Assembly: GCA_902763615.1 (NCBI GenBank)
Contig: CACWSX010000009.1
Span: 34,515 to 98,514 of the forward strand
DNA length: 64,000 nt
Source of the DNA: an uncultured Prevotellaceae bacterium
GTDB lineage: Bacteria; Bacteroidota; Bacteroidia; Bacteroidales; Bacteroidaceae
Reading direction: 5' to 3'
Under the pieces are notes generated by a model. That model had not been told where the DNA came from and ran no database searches. It was given only the letters and a program-made list of their open reading frames with translations. This document shows, piece after piece, positions 34,996-45,343 of this stretch; position 1 is the stretch's first letter, and each line of letters starts with the position of its first letter. A program made the position numbers and the translations under genes.

Positions 34996-36477
34996 TTAAT
35001 AGCTTCTGGCGATGATGACGCGGGCCTTTGAGGGCTTACCGCTCACCATATCCAAACCAGGCGTCTGCTCCACACCGAAGGGCACGCAGCGGATGGTGGC
35101 CTGTGTCTCTTCCTTGATCTTGGCCTCGGTCTCGGCTGTGCCGTCCCAGTGGCAGAGGAAGAATCCTCCATCCTTCACACGCTCCTTGAACTCCTCGTAG
35201 TTGTCGCACTCGTAGATGCGGCTGTCGCGATAGGCCTTGGCCTTCTCGAAGATGTTCTTCTGGATGTCGTCCAGCAGCTGTGCCACATAGTCGGCGATGC
35301 CGGCCAGCGGGCGGGTATCCTTCTCCAATGTGTCACGACGCATCACCTCGATGGTGCCGTTCTCCAGGTCGCGGGCACCAAGCACGAGACGTACGGGTAC
35401 ACCCTTCAGCTCGTAGTCGGCAAACTTGAAGCCTGGACGCTTGTTGTCAGCATCGTCGAACTTCACGGTGATGCCCTTCTGGCGTAGCTGCTCGATGATA
35501 GGCTGCACCTCCTTGTTTACGAGTTCCATCTGCTCGGGCTTGGTGGCGATGGGGATAATGACCACCTGAATAGGAGCAAGACGTGGAGGCAGCACCAGTC
35601 CGTTGTCGTCTGAATGCGTCATGATGAGGGCACCGATCAGTCGTGTGCTCACACCCCATGAGGTAGCCCAAACATATTCGGGTTTGTTGTCCTTGTTCAG
35701 ATAGGTCACGTCGAAAGCCTTGGCGAAGTTCTGTCCGAGGAAGTGTGATGTTCCTGACTGCAGGGCCTTGCCGTCCTGCATCATGGCCTCGATGGTATAG
35801 GTGTCGAGGGCACCTGCAAAACGCTCGGTCTCGCTCTTTACTCCCTGCACTACAGGCACTGCCATCCACTCTTCTGCAAACTTGGCATACACCTTCAGCA
35901 TCTTCTTGGCTTCCTCTTCAGCCTCTTCGCGGGTGGCATGGGCTGTGTGGCCCTCCTGCCACAGGAATTCCGAGGTACGGAGGAACGGACGTGTACGCAT
36001 CTCCCAGCGCATCACATTACACCACTGGTTGCACATCAGGGGCAGGTCGCGCCACGACTGGATCCAGTTCTTATACGTGTTCCAGATAATCGTCTCTGAA
36101 GTAGGACGGATGATGAGTTCCTCTTCCAGCTTGGCTGCGGGATCTACCACTACGCCGCTCTTGTCCTCAGTTGCCTTCAGACGGTAGTGGGTCACTACGG
36201 CGCACTCCTTGGCGAAACCCTCCACATGCTCGGCCTCGCGGCTGAGGAATGATTTTGGAATTAGCAAGGGGAAATAAGCATTCTGCGCACCCGTCTCCTT
36301 GAACATCTTATCTAGTTGCTGCTGCATCTTCTCCCAGATGGCGTAGCCATAGGGCTTGATGACCATACATCCGCGAACGGCAGACTGCTCCGCCATATCG
36401 GCCTTGACCACCAGATCATTGTACCATTGGCTGTAATTTTCAGCCCTTTTCGTTAAATCTTTTAATTCTTTTGCCAT
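34996..36477 (-). CDS. proS: Proline--tRNA ligase (archaeal/eukaryote type)
   Basis: [37 protein letters not shown]-terminal ARSY. Confidence 0.97.
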   Translation of the reverse strand: MAKELKDLTKRAENYSQWYNDLVVKADMAEQSAVRGCMVIKPYGYAIWEKMQQQLDKMFKETGAQNAYFPLLIPKSFLSREAEHVEGFAKECAVVTHYRLKATEDKSGVVVDPAAKLEEELIIRPTSETIIWNTYKNWIQSWRDLPLMCNQWCNVMRWEMRTRPFLRTSEFLWQEGHTAHATREEAEEEAKKMLKVYAKFAEEWMAVPVVQGVKSETERFAGALDTYTIEAMMQDGKALQSGTSHFLGQNFAKAFDVTYLNKDNKPEYVWATSWGVSTRLIGALIMTHSDDNGLVLPPRLAPIQVVIIPIATKPEQMELVNKEVQPIIEQLRQKGITVKFDDADNKRPGFKFADYELKGVPVRLVLGARDLENGTIEVMRRDTLEKDTRPLAGIADYVAQLLDDIQKNIFEKAKAYRDSRIYECDNYEEFKERVKDGGFFLCHWDGTAETEAKIKEETQATIRCVPFGVEQTPGLDMVSGKPSKARVIIARSY

Positions 36478-36618
36478 TGTTTTTATTGCTGTTTTATTAA
36501 TTTGGGCACAAAAGTACTAAAAAAAGTTGGAAAAATGTGCAGATTACAAATAAAAGAATTATCTTTGCAACGTAAAAAGTGACAAAACCATTATTAATTC
36601 ATTAAAATAGTAACAAAT

Positions 36619-37314
36619 ATGAAGAGTTTCAAGACGATTGCGCTTTCAATGTGTGCTGTCCTCGTGATGGCAGGTTGTAACAATATGCAGAAGGGTGCAG
36701 CCATCGGTGCTGGTGGTGGTGCGTTGCTCGGTGCTATTGTTGGTAAGATAGCTGGTAATACCGCTATCGGTGCTGCTGTTGGCGGTGCTGTAGGTGCCGG
36801 CGCCGGTGCTATCATCGGTAAGAAGATGGATAAGGCTAAGGCTGAGGCTGAGGCTGTGAAGAACGCTCAGGTGGAGTCGGTGACCGATGCTAACGGTCTG
36901 CAGGCTGTTAAGGTTACCTTTGATTCTGGTATTCTCTTTACCACTGGTAGCTCTACACTGAGTTCTACTGCTAAGTCTTCTCTGACACAGTTCTCTAACG
37001 TGCTGAAGAACAATGCCGACTGCGACGTAGCCGTTCAGGGCTATACCGACAATGCAGGCTGGAAGAACAGCACTCGTGAGCAGAGTATTCAGAAGAACCT
37101 GAACCTCTCTCAGCAGCGTGCTCAGGCTGTGACCAACTATCTGCAGTCACTGGGTGTGAGCAGCAGTCAGATCCGCAGCACGATGGGTTATGGTGAGGAC
37201 AATCCTGTAGCCGACAACTCTACAGCAGCAGGTCGTGAGCAGAACCGTCGTGTTGAGGTTTACATGTACGCTTCACAGGCCATGATCCAGGCAGCTGAGC
37301 AGCAGGCTAACTAA
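36619..37314 (+). CDS. OmpA family lipoprotein with glycine zipper
   Basis: Lipobox MAGC, Gly-zipper, GYTD, LSQQRA, NRRVEV. Confidence 0.92.
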   Translation: MKSFKTIALSMCAVLVMAGCNNMQKGAAIGAGGGALLGAIVGKIAGNTAIGAAVGGAVGAGAGAIIGKKMDKAKAEAEAVKNAQVESVTDANGLQAVKVTFDSGILFTTGSSTLSSTAKSSLTQFSNVLKNNADCDVAVQGYTDNAGWKNSTREQSIQKNLNLSQQRAQAVTNYLQSLGVSSSQIRSTMGYGEDNPVADNSTAAGREQNRRVEVYMYASQAMIQAAEQQAN

Positions 37315-37324
37315 GCCGCTTTAG

Positions 37325-38026
37325 ATGCAGAAAATCATTCGTAAGCTACGCGTCACCATACGCTGGATATTGGCGGCCTTCTTCGGCTCCACTATTCTTG
37401 CGGTGGTGGCGCTTCGCTTTCTGCCTGTCTACTTCACGCCGCTGATGTTCATACGTCTGGCGCAGCAGGTTGGTGAGGGCAAGGAACTGAGACTGAATCA
37501 CCATTGGGTGTCGCTCGACAAGATCTCGCCCTTCTTGCCTGTGGCCGTTATCGCCAGCGAGGATGCCAACTTTATGCAGCATCACGGCTTCGACTACAAG
37601 GCCATCGAGCACGCTGCTGAGCGTAACCGCAAGCATCCCGAGAAACGTAAACTCGGGGCTTCGACCATCTCGCAGCAAACGGCCAAGAACGTGTTTCTTT
37701 GGCCGGGACGCAGTTGGACGCGCAAAGGCTTCGAGGTCTATTTTACCACCCTCATCGAGCTCCTCTGGCCGAAGGAACGCATCATGGAGGTATATCTCAA
37801 TTCTATCGAGATGGGCGATGGCATCTATGGTGCATCGGCTGTGGCCGAAGCACATTTCGGTATTCAGGCCAAAGACCTGAGCCGTAGCCAGTGTGCCTTG
37901 ATAGCTGCCACGCTGCCCAATCCTCGGCAGTATTCCAGCAAACATCCCTCGGCCTATATGCAGAAGCGCCAGAGGCGTATATTAAACGAAATGAAATATG
38001 TAAAGACATGGAAGAGTCTGGACTGA
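37325..38026 (+). CDS. mtgA: Monofunctional peptidoglycan transglycosylase
   Basis: SEDANF..HHGFD, GASTISQQTAKNVF, RKGFE, KERIMEVYLN. Confidence 0.93.
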   Translation: MQKIIRKLRVTIRWILAAFFGSTILAVVALRFLPVYFTPLMFIRLAQQVGEGKELRLNHHWVSLDKISPFLPVAVIASEDANFMQHHGFDYKAIEHAAERNRKHPEKRKLGASTISQQTAKNVFLWPGRSWTRKGFEVYFTTLIELLWPKERIMEVYLNSIEMGDGIYGASAVAEAHFGIQAKDLSRSQCALIAATLPNPRQYSSKHPSAYMQKRQRRILNEMKYVKTWKSLD

Positions 38027-38715
38027 ACAGATACCTCGATGAAATCGGTCGCGAGTCATTACTCACAGCCGACGAGGAGCGCGATCTTGCTTTAAAGATC
38101 CAGCAGGGCGAAAGCAAGGCCCTGAACCGGTTGGTCGAAGCCAACCTCCGTTTTGTGGTTTCCATCGCCAACCAGTATAAGGGCAAGGGGCTCCAGATGG
38201 ACGACCTGGTTAGCGAGGGTAACATCGGTCTGATGAAAGCAGCCTCGCACTTTGATCCCAGCCGCGGCACCCGCTTTGTCAACTTTGCCGTTGTCCACAT
38301 CCGCCAACAGATTGAGAAGGCTATTGCCCAGCAGACCGATCCTCCCAAGGGAAAGGCTTCGGGGCGCAATAATGGCGATCTGCCTTTGAAGGCCACATCA
38401 GTCGATGCACCGTTGGGTCATCGCAATAACATGAGCCTTCTCTCTGTCCTTGTCAATCAGGATGCCCCCTTGGCCGACGAGCGCGTTCACTCCGAAGCCA
38501 TCGAAGAAGTCATTGAGTTTGCCCTAGGCTCGCTCGACGAGCGCGAAAGCAGGGTGATAAACGCCTTCTTCGGCATCAATCAGGAGCACGAGACGATGGC
38601 TGAGATTGCTGAAGATATGGACTTGAAGCGTGAACGTGTCCGGCAGATTCGTGACAAGGCTGTCCGCAAACTCCGCAAAGCCTACAAATCCCGTCTCCAG
38701 GAACTCAAGAAATAA
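38008..38715 (+). CDS. Short RpoD-like sigma-70 family factor (regions 1.2, 2 and 4)
   Basis: YLDEIG..LLT.DEE, LVEANLRFVVSIA, EGNIGLMKAA..FD, RERVRQI.DKA.RKLR. Confidence 0.88.
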   Translation: MEESGLNRYLDEIGRESLLTADEERDLALKIQQGESKALNRLVEANLRFVVSIANQYKGKGLQMDDLVSEGNIGLMKAASHFDPSRGTRFVNFAVVHIRQQIEKAIAQQTDPPKGKASGRNNGDLPLKATSVDAPLGHRNNMSLLSVLVNQDAPLADERVHSEAIEEVIEFALGSLDERESRVINAFFGINQEHETMAEIAEDMDLKRERVRQIRDKAVRKLRKAYKSRLQELKK

Positions 38716-38785
38716 AGAATCCCTCGCCAATCGGGTTGCTGCTGAGAATTTCTGTCGGTGAAACCTTCAGTGAGATGGGACAATT

Positions 38786-39823
38786 TTACTGGTACTGACG
38801 GAGTGCGGCAATCAGCTCTCCGTTTTCTGTCTTGGTGCCGATGGTGACGCGGAGACAGTTCTGGCAGAGCTGCACGCGATGGCGGTTGCGCACGATGATG
38901 CCCTTGTCGACCAGATAGTTGTAGATATTGACGGCATCGGTCATCTGAGCCAGGAAGAAGTTTGCCTCGGTGGGGAATACTTTCACGCAGATGGGCAACA
39001 ACTTGAAGGCGTCGATCATGCGTGAACGCTCTTCCAACAGGATCTTCACCCACTTGTCGACCTCAAAGGGATCCTTCAAAGCCTCTAGGGCCTGCTCCTG
39101 AGTCAGCTGGTTGATGTTATAAGGATACTTTACTTTATTGAAGATGCTGATGATCTCCTCGGATGCAAAGGCCATACCCAGACGGATGGCAGCACAGCCC
39201 CATGCCTTCGACATGGTGTTGAGCACGATGAGGTTGGGGTATTTGGCAAACTCGGTGCGCAGGGGTTTCTGTGAGGAGAAGTCGCTATAGGCCTCGTCGA
39301 CCACCACAAGACCTTCGAAGCTTTCGATGACCTTGAGGATTTCCTCGCGATGGAGACTGTTGCCCGTAGGATTGTTGGGTGAACAGAGCCAGATGAGTTT
39401 CGTATGCTGGTCGGTGGCTGCCAACAGTCTGTCGGCGGTGATCTGATACTGCTCGTCAAGCAATACAGGACGATACGCTGTGTTGTTTATGTCGGCACAG
39501 ACCTTATACATGCCATAGGTGGGCTCAATGGCGACCACATTGTCGACGCCAGGCTCACAGAAACAGCGGTAAACCAAATCGATGGGCTCATCGCTACCGT
39601 TGCCGAGGAAGATGTTTTCGGCTGGTACGCCCTTTACCTTCGACAGGGCAGCCTTCAGTTCGAGCTGTAGCGGATCGGGATAGCGGTTGTAAGGGGCGTT
39701 ATAGGGATTTTCGTTGGCATCCAGAAACACGCGAGCCTCGCGGCCTGCATACTCGTTGCGGGCGCTGCTATAGGGAGCCAGGCTCCAGATGTTCGGTCGC
39801 GTCAGTTCTTGTAATGGTTTCAT
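38786..39823 (-). CDS. hisC: Histidinol-phosphate aminotransferase
   Basis: LDANENP, NRYPDP, GNGSDE, SPNNPTG, DEAY, TMSKAWG. Confidence 0.95.
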   Translation of the reverse strand: MKPLQELTRPNIWSLAPYSSARNEYAGREARVFLDANENPYNAPYNRYPDPLQLELKAALSKVKGVPAENIFLGNGSDEPIDLVYRCFCEPGVDNVVAIEPTYGMYKVCADINNTAYRPVLLDEQYQITADRLLAATDQHTKLIWLCSPNNPTGNSLHREEILKVIESFEGLVVVDEAYSDFSSQKPLRTEFAKYPNLIVLNTMSKAWGCAAIRLGMAFASEEIISIFNKVKYPYNINQLTQEQALEALKDPFEVDKWVKILLEERSRMIDAFKLLPICVKVFPTEANFFLAQMTDAVNIYNYLVDKGIIVRNRHRVQLCQNCLRVTIGTKTENGELIAALRQYQ

Positions 39824-41103
39824 TTCAGACTCTTTATTCTTACTGTCATTGCGTTCTTGTGGGCATCAAGCTGCTCGGCTTCGGCCATCAGTTCGACGGC
39901 ATGACCGATCTGGCGCACACCTTCTTCCGTGAGGTGCTGGAAGGTGACTTTACGGCAGTAGCTGTCGAGATTGACACCATTGTAGGTGGTCGCATAGCCA
40001 TGAGTGGGCAGCGTGTGATTGGTACCGCTGGCATAGTCGCCGGCGCTCTCACAGGCATACTGGCCGAGGAACACGCTACCGGCATTGATCACTTTCGATG
40101 CCACATCCTCGTAGTCTTCGGTCTGAATCACCAGGTGCTCAGGCGCATAGGTGTTCGACAGGTCGATGGCCTCACGGATGTCGGAAACCAATACCAGCAT
40201 GCTGTTTTCGAGTGCCTTCTGTGCAATCTCCTTACGGGGAAGTGCCTCCAGCTGCTTATCGAGTTCTTTCTGAACTTCATCGATGAACTTGTTGGAGGTG
40301 GTAATCAGGAATACCTGGGAGTCGACACCGTGTTCTGCCTGCGACAAGAGGTCGGCAGCGACAAACTCGGCATTGGCGGTATCGTCGGCTATTACGCATA
40401 CCTCAGAAGGGCCTGCCGGCATGTCGATACCTACATCGTGGATGCTGACCTGCTGCTTGGCTGCCATCACATACTGGTTGCCAGGGCCGAATATCTTGTA
40501 GACCTTGGGAACGGACTCTGTGCCGTATGCCATCGCTCCGATGGCCTGAACACCACCGGCCTTGAATATCTTGCTTACACCGGCAATCCGGGCTGCCATC
40601 AGGATGGCGGGATTCACCTTGCCTTCGCGATTCGGGGGTGTGCAGAGCACAATCTCCTTGCAACCAGCTATCTTGGCTGGTGTGGCCAGCATCAGGACGG
40701 TTGAGAAGAGTGGGGCAGTGCCGCCAGGGATATAGAGCCCCACCTTTTCGATGGGCACGCTCTTCTGCCAGCAGGTGACACCGGGTCGTGTCTCCACCTT
40801 CTTAGAGCGGAAACGCTGCGACTCGTGGAAGGTCTTGATGTTGTCGTGAGCCAGTTGGATGGCTTCCTTCAGATCCTTGCTCACCAGTTTCCCTGCCTCG
40901 TCGATCTCGTCTTGTGTGACTTCGAGCGATGGCAGGTCCACATGGTCGAACTTCAGCTCATAGCCTTTCACAGCCTCGTCGCCTCGCTGACGGACGTCTG
41001 CCAATACGGAGGCTACGGTTTCATTCAACTGTGACACATCCAGATGCGGACGCTCCACAATTTTCTGCCACTCACTTCTTTCTGGATATCTGATTATGTT
41101 CAT
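39820..41103 (-). CDS. hisD: Histidinol dehydrogenase
   Basis: [45 protein letters not shown]. Confidence 0.97.
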   Translation of the reverse strand: MNIIRYPERSEWQKIVERPHLDVSQLNETVASVLADVRQRGDEAVKGYELKFDHVDLPSLEVTQDEIDEAGKLVSKDLKEAIQLAHDNIKTFHESQRFRSKKVETRPGVTCWQKSVPIEKVGLYIPGGTAPLFSTVLMLATPAKIAGCKEIVLCTPPNREGKVNPAILMAARIAGVSKIFKAGGVQAIGAMAYGTESVPKVYKIFGPGNQYVMAAKQQVSIHDVGIDMPAGPSEVCVIADDTANAEFVAADLLSQAEHGVDSQVFLITTSNKFIDEVQKELDKQLEALPRKEIAQKALENSMLVLVSDIREAIDLSNTYAPEHLVIQTEDYEDVASKVINAGSVFLGQYACESAGDYASGTNHTLPTHGYATTYNGVNLDSYCRKVTFQHLTEEGVRQIGHAVELMAEAEQLDAHKNAMTVRIKSLK

Positions 41104-41951
41104 AGAATCATTTTTTCAATTGGGGTAACCAGAATGCCCTGTGCACCCATTTCCTTCAGCTTTCCGATGATTTCCCAGAACTGCTTCTGGTCTAATACCG
41201 TGTGAACGGAACACCATTCGTCGTCGGCCAGAGGTATGATGGTGGGACTCTTCAGGCCCGGCAATACGTCGATGATCTCCTGCAGGCGTGCTTTAGGGGC
41301 GTTCATGCGCACATATTTCTTGTCTTCAGCATCCTTTACGGCCTTGAAGCGGAAGAGCATCTGTTCGAGAATCTCGCGCTTCTCCTGCGAAAGCTGCTTG
41401 TTGCCGATAAGCAGGGCCTCGCTCTGCATGACGACCTCCACCTCGCGCAGGTTGTTGCTCACGAGGGTGGAACCGCTGCTGACGATGTCGAAGATACCAT
41501 CGGCCAGTCCGATGCCCGGGCTAATCTCCACACTTCCCGTGATGACGTGTATCTCTGCCTGGATGCCCTTCTCGTCGAGGAACATCTTCAGGATATGCGG
41601 ATAGCTGGTCGCAATCTTCTTACCATTGAACCATTCTGGGCCTTTATAGTCGATCTCCTTTGGGATAGCCAGCGACAAGCGGCACTTGGAGAAGCCTAAG
41701 CGTGAGATGATGTCGGCATCCTCGCCACGCTCCACATATTCGTTTTCGCCAACGATACCGATATCTGCTACGCCCGAAGCCACGCTTTGGGGAATGTCGT
41801 CGTCGCGAAGGTAAAGCACCTCCAAGGGGAAATTGTTTGACTGCACCAACAGGGTGCGCTTGCTGGCACTGACTTTGATGTCCGCCTCAGCGAGCAGATT
41901 CATCGTATCTTCAAAAAGACGGCCTTTTGACTGTACTGCGATTCTTAACAT
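41100..41951 (-). CDS. hisG: ATP phosphoribosyltransferase (long form)
   Basis: LRIAVQSKGRL, RDDDIP, IATSYP, GSVE, DIVSSGSTL. Confidence 0.97.
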   Translation of the reverse strand: MLRIAVQSKGRLFEDTMNLLAEADIKVSASKRTLLVQSNNFPLEVLYLRDDDIPQSVASGVADIGIVGENEYVERGEDADIISRLGFSKCRLSLAIPKEIDYKGPEWFNGKKIATSYPHILKMFLDEKGIQAEIHVITGSVEISPGIGLADGIFDIVSSGSTLVSNNLREVEVVMQSEALLIGNKQLSQEKREILEQMLFRFKAVKDAEDKKYVRMNAPKARLQEIIDVLPGLKSPTIIPLADDEWCSVHTVLDQKQFWEIIGKLKEMGAQGILVTPIEKMIL

Positions 41952-42119
41952 ACTTACGTTAAAGTCTAATTACTCTTAATTCGGGTGCAAAGTTACACAT
42001 TTTTTAGACAAAAGAAGATAAGAACAATAGATTTTTATGTTTCTTTTGTGCTTTTATCACGAAAAAGGCGTATCTTTGCATCGATTTTGAAACGCGGCAT
42101 AATTTGTTTGACACCCGTT

Positions 42120-43211
42120 ATGGCAGCCTTGCTGCTTGCCTCCTGCACCGAAAAGAAGCAGGAGCGCATTGTCACACCTTGGGGCGAAGTGCTCGACTCT
42201 GTGGAGGTGACGGAGGGTTTTGACTTGCATGAGATACAGCAGGGTGGGGAACTGATTCTGGCCACCATCAGTGGGCCGCAGACTTACTACGACTATCACG
42301 GCAAGTCGCTCGGTACCCAATATCTGCTCGTGCAACACTTGGCGGATAAGTTGGGTGTCAAAGTTCGTGTAGAGGTTTGCAGGGATTCTTTAGAGCTTGT
42401 CAAGCAATTGTCTGAGAATGAGATTGATATAGTAGCTTGGCCTACACCTGGAAATCTCGAAGTAAAGTCTTCGAAACCGCTTTTGGCAGAAGAGTTGAAG
42501 GCGTGGTATAAGCCCGAGATGGTGGCTGAGGTTCAGAAGGAGGAGACACAACAGCTGACCGTTCAGCGTGTGAAGCGTCGGGTATTCTCGCCCATGCTGG
42601 ATAAGAATGGTGGTATTATTTCACATTATGATCATTATTTCCAGCAGTATTCACAGACGATTCGTTGGGACTGGCGCCTGATGGCTGCTCAGTGCTATCA
42701 GGAGTCAACTTTCGATCCCAAGGCCGTTTCGTTTGCAGGTGCCAAGGGTCTGATGCAGATTATGCCTGCAACGGCCGATCTCTTGGGCTTGCCGCGTGAC
42801 AAGATGTACGATCCGGAGCAGAATATCGCTGCGGCTGCCAAATATCTGGGGCAGTTGGAGGGAAAATTCTCTGATATCCGCAGTCGTGTGGAACGCACCA
42901 ATTTCGTTCTGGCCAGTTATAATGGCGGTATTCATCATATCCGTGATGCGATGGCCTTAGCCCAGCGCGATGGGAAGAATCCGCATGTTTGGCGCGAGGT
43001 GTCGGATTATGTCTTGAAACTGGCCACCCCCAAGTATTATAATGACCCGATTGTCAAGCATGGTTATATGCGTGGTTCCGAGACGGTGGATTACGTGGCT
43101 AAGATCCGTCAGCGCCATCAGGGCTATATGGGTGTGAAATCACCTCATATGGGCTTCCATCCCAGTCAGCCACGCAAGGCAGGCAAGCGCAAAAGCAAAT
43201 ACGATATCTGA
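42120..43211 (+). CDS. MltF-like lytic transglycosylase (SBP plus SLT domain)
   Basis: DWRLMAAQCYQES, GAKGLMQIMP.T, LASYNGG, ETVDYV; start uncertain, promoter TATCTTTG at 42071-42078. Confidence 0.85.
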   Translation: MAALLLASCTEKKQERIVTPWGEVLDSVEVTEGFDLHEIQQGGELILATISGPQTYYDYHGKSLGTQYLLVQHLADKLGVKVRVEVCRDSLELVKQLSENEIDIVAWPTPGNLEVKSSKPLLAEELKAWYKPEMVAEVQKEETQQLTVQRVKRRVFSPMLDKNGGIISHYDHYFQQYSQTIRWDWRLMAAQCYQESTFDPKAVSFAGAKGLMQIMPATADLLGLPRDKMYDPEQNIAAAAKYLGQLEGKFSDIRSRVERTNFVLASYNGGIHHIRDAMALAQRDGKNPHVWREVSDYVLKLATPKYYNDPIVKHGYMRGSETVDYVAKIRQRHQGYMGVKSPHMGFHPSQPRKAGKRKSKYDI

Positions 43212-43218
43212 TGATAGA

Positions 43219-43249
43219 AAAAGAGGCCAGGTTGATTCCTGACCTCTTT
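43219..43249. terminator. Terminator between convergent mltF-like gene and rpsA
   Basis: AAAGAGGCCAGG...CCTGACCTCTTT, with the A run giving a U tail on the minus strand. Confidence 0.7.
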
Positions 43250-43269
43250 ATTATAATGGAAAGGGGATT

Positions 43270-45051
43270 TTACTCACCCTTTTCCATCTGAGCCTTCAGC
43301 TGTGCGAGCACGTCGAGATCACCGAGTGTGGTGCTGGCTGCAACGTTCTCAACCTTTGGCGTTTCTTCCTTCTTGGCACGAGGAGCCTTCTTGGCTGCGG
43401 CCTTCTTCTCCTCACGAGCGGGATCCTCGAAGGTGCGGCTGTGAGAGAGGATGATACGCTTGCTGTCCTTGTTGAACTCGATCACCTTGAACTCGAGTGT
43501 CTCACCAGCCTGAGCCTGTGAGCCATCCTCCTTCTGCAGGTGCTTCGGAGTAGCAAAGCCCTCAACATCCTCGTCAAGCTGTACAACGGCACCTTTCTCA
43601 AGGAGCTCGATGATCTTACCCTCGTGGATAGATCCAACGGTATACTTAGCCTCGAATACATCCCAAGGATTGTCCTCAAGCTGCTTGTGGCCGAGAGACA
43701 GACGACGGTTCTCCTTGTCGATATCGAGAACGATTACCTCGATCTCTGCACCTACCTGAGTGAATTCTGAAGGATGCTTCACCTTCTTAGTCCAAGAGAG
43801 ATCGCTGATGTGGATCAGACCGTCAACACCTTCCTCGAGTTCTACAAATACACCGAAGTTGGTGAAGTTGCGAACCTTAGCGGTGTGCTTGCTGCCAACA
43901 GGATATTTGGTCTCAATAGCCTCCCAGGGATCCTCGCGGAGCTGCTTGATACCGAGTGACATCTTGCGCTCGTCGCGGTCGAGTGTCAGGATGACAGCCT
44001 CTACCTCTTCGCCAACCTTCAGGAACTCCTGAGCTGAACGCAGGTGCTGGCTCCAAGACATCTCAGAAACGTGGATCAGACCCTCAACACCGGGCTGGAT
44101 CTCAACGAATGCACCGTAGTCGGCAAGAACGACAACCTTACCCTTCACGTGGTCGCCAACCTTGAGGTTAGCATCCAGAGCATCCCAAGGATGCGGAGTG
44201 AGCTGCTTCAGACCGAGGGCGATGCGCTTCTTCTCGTCGTCGAAGTCAAGGATTACAACATTGATCTTCTGGTCGAGCTCTACCACCTTGTGAGGATCGT
44301 CTACGCGGCCCCAAGAAAGGTCTGTGATGTGGATGAGTCCGTCAACACCACCGAGGTCGACGAATACACCGTAAGAGGTGATATTCTTAACTGTACCCTC
44401 GAGGATCTGACCCTTCTCCAGCTTACCGATGATCTCCTTCTTCTGAGCCTCAAGCTCCTGCTCGATGAGAGCCTTGTGAGAAACCACCACGTTGCGGAAC
44501 TCCTGATTGATCTTCACGATCTTGAATTCCATCGTCTTGCCTACGAACTGATCGTAGTCGCGTATGGGGTGAACGTCAATCTGTGAACCAGGCAGGAAGG
44601 CCTCGATGCCGAATACGTCGACAATCATACCGCCCTTCGTGCGGCACTTGATGTAACCCTGAACCACCTCCTCAGCGTCAAGGGCAGCGTTAACACGATC
44701 CCAAGACTTGCTCAGACGTGCTTTCTTGTGAGAGAGAATCAGCTGACCCTTCTTGTCCTCTGCACTCTCAACATAAACCTCTACGACGTCACCGATTTTC
44801 AGGTCGGGGTTGTAGCGGAATTCTGAAGCGGGGATAATACCATCGCTCTTGTAACCGATGTTGACAACTACTTCTTTCTTGTCAACTGAGATGACCTTAC
44901 CGTCAACTACCTGATGGTCGGCTACCTTGTTCAGGGTTTCGTCGTAAGCCTTGTCAAGTTCTTCCTTGCTGATGTTGGCACTCGTGCCATTCTCGAACTC
45001 ATCCCAATTGAAATCGTCGAGCGGCTTAACGTTCTTTGTTAATTCTGACAT
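43270..45051 (-). CDS. rpsA: 30S ribosomal protein S1
   Basis: Six S1 repeats (AFLPGSQID, DGLIHITDLSW, EGLIHVSEMSW, DGLIHISDLSW). Confidence 0.97.
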   Translation of the reverse strand: MSELTKNVKPLDDFNWDEFENGTSANISKEELDKAYDETLNKVADHQVVDGKVISVDKKEVVVNIGYKSDGIIPASEFRYNPDLKIGDVVEVYVESAEDKKGQLILSHKKARLSKSWDRVNAALDAEEVVQGYIKCRTKGGMIVDVFGIEAFLPGSQIDVHPIRDYDQFVGKTMEFKIVKINQEFRNVVVSHKALIEQELEAQKKEIIGKLEKGQILEGTVKNITSYGVFVDLGGVDGLIHITDLSWGRVDDPHKVVELDQKINVVILDFDDEKKRIALGLKQLTPHPWDALDANLKVGDHVKGKVVVLADYGAFVEIQPGVEGLIHVSEMSWSQHLRSAQEFLKVGEEVEAVILTLDRDERKMSLGIKQLREDPWEAIETKYPVGSKHTAKVRNFTNFGVFVELEEGVDGLIHISDLSWTKKVKHPSEFTQVGAEIEVIVLDIDKENRRLSLGHKQLEDNPWDVFEAKYTVGSIHEGKIIELLEKGAVVQLDEDVEGFATPKHLQKEDGSQAQAGETLEFKVIEFNKDSKRIILSHSRTFEDPAREEKKAAAKKAPRAKKEETPKVENVAASTTLGDLDVLAQLKAQMEKGE

Positions 45052-45343
45052 AATAAAATACTTTGTTGCCCCTCGTTTTTTTGTCGGGGCTGGGTCTGAA
45101 CAGACGTTTATCAGACCATCTTTAAAGGGTTAATAATCGATAGGAGCAAGCGCCTGTTCCGGCCCCTATTTCCCCCTTTGGGGGACAAAGCGGCTGCAAA
45201 GGTACAGCTTTTAGTTGAGAGTTGAGGGTTGGGAGTTGGGAATTCCAATTACTTTTATAATAAATTAACAAAAAAGAGGGCAAATCTTTTGCAGACCTGC
45301 CCTCTATCGTGAATTTTGCGTCGGTTGTTTTTGATATTCGGGT

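Noticed and set aside
41952-42000. Histidine attenuator upstream of hisG
   Set aside because: Promoter lies close to the start; no His-codon leader peptide or terminator.
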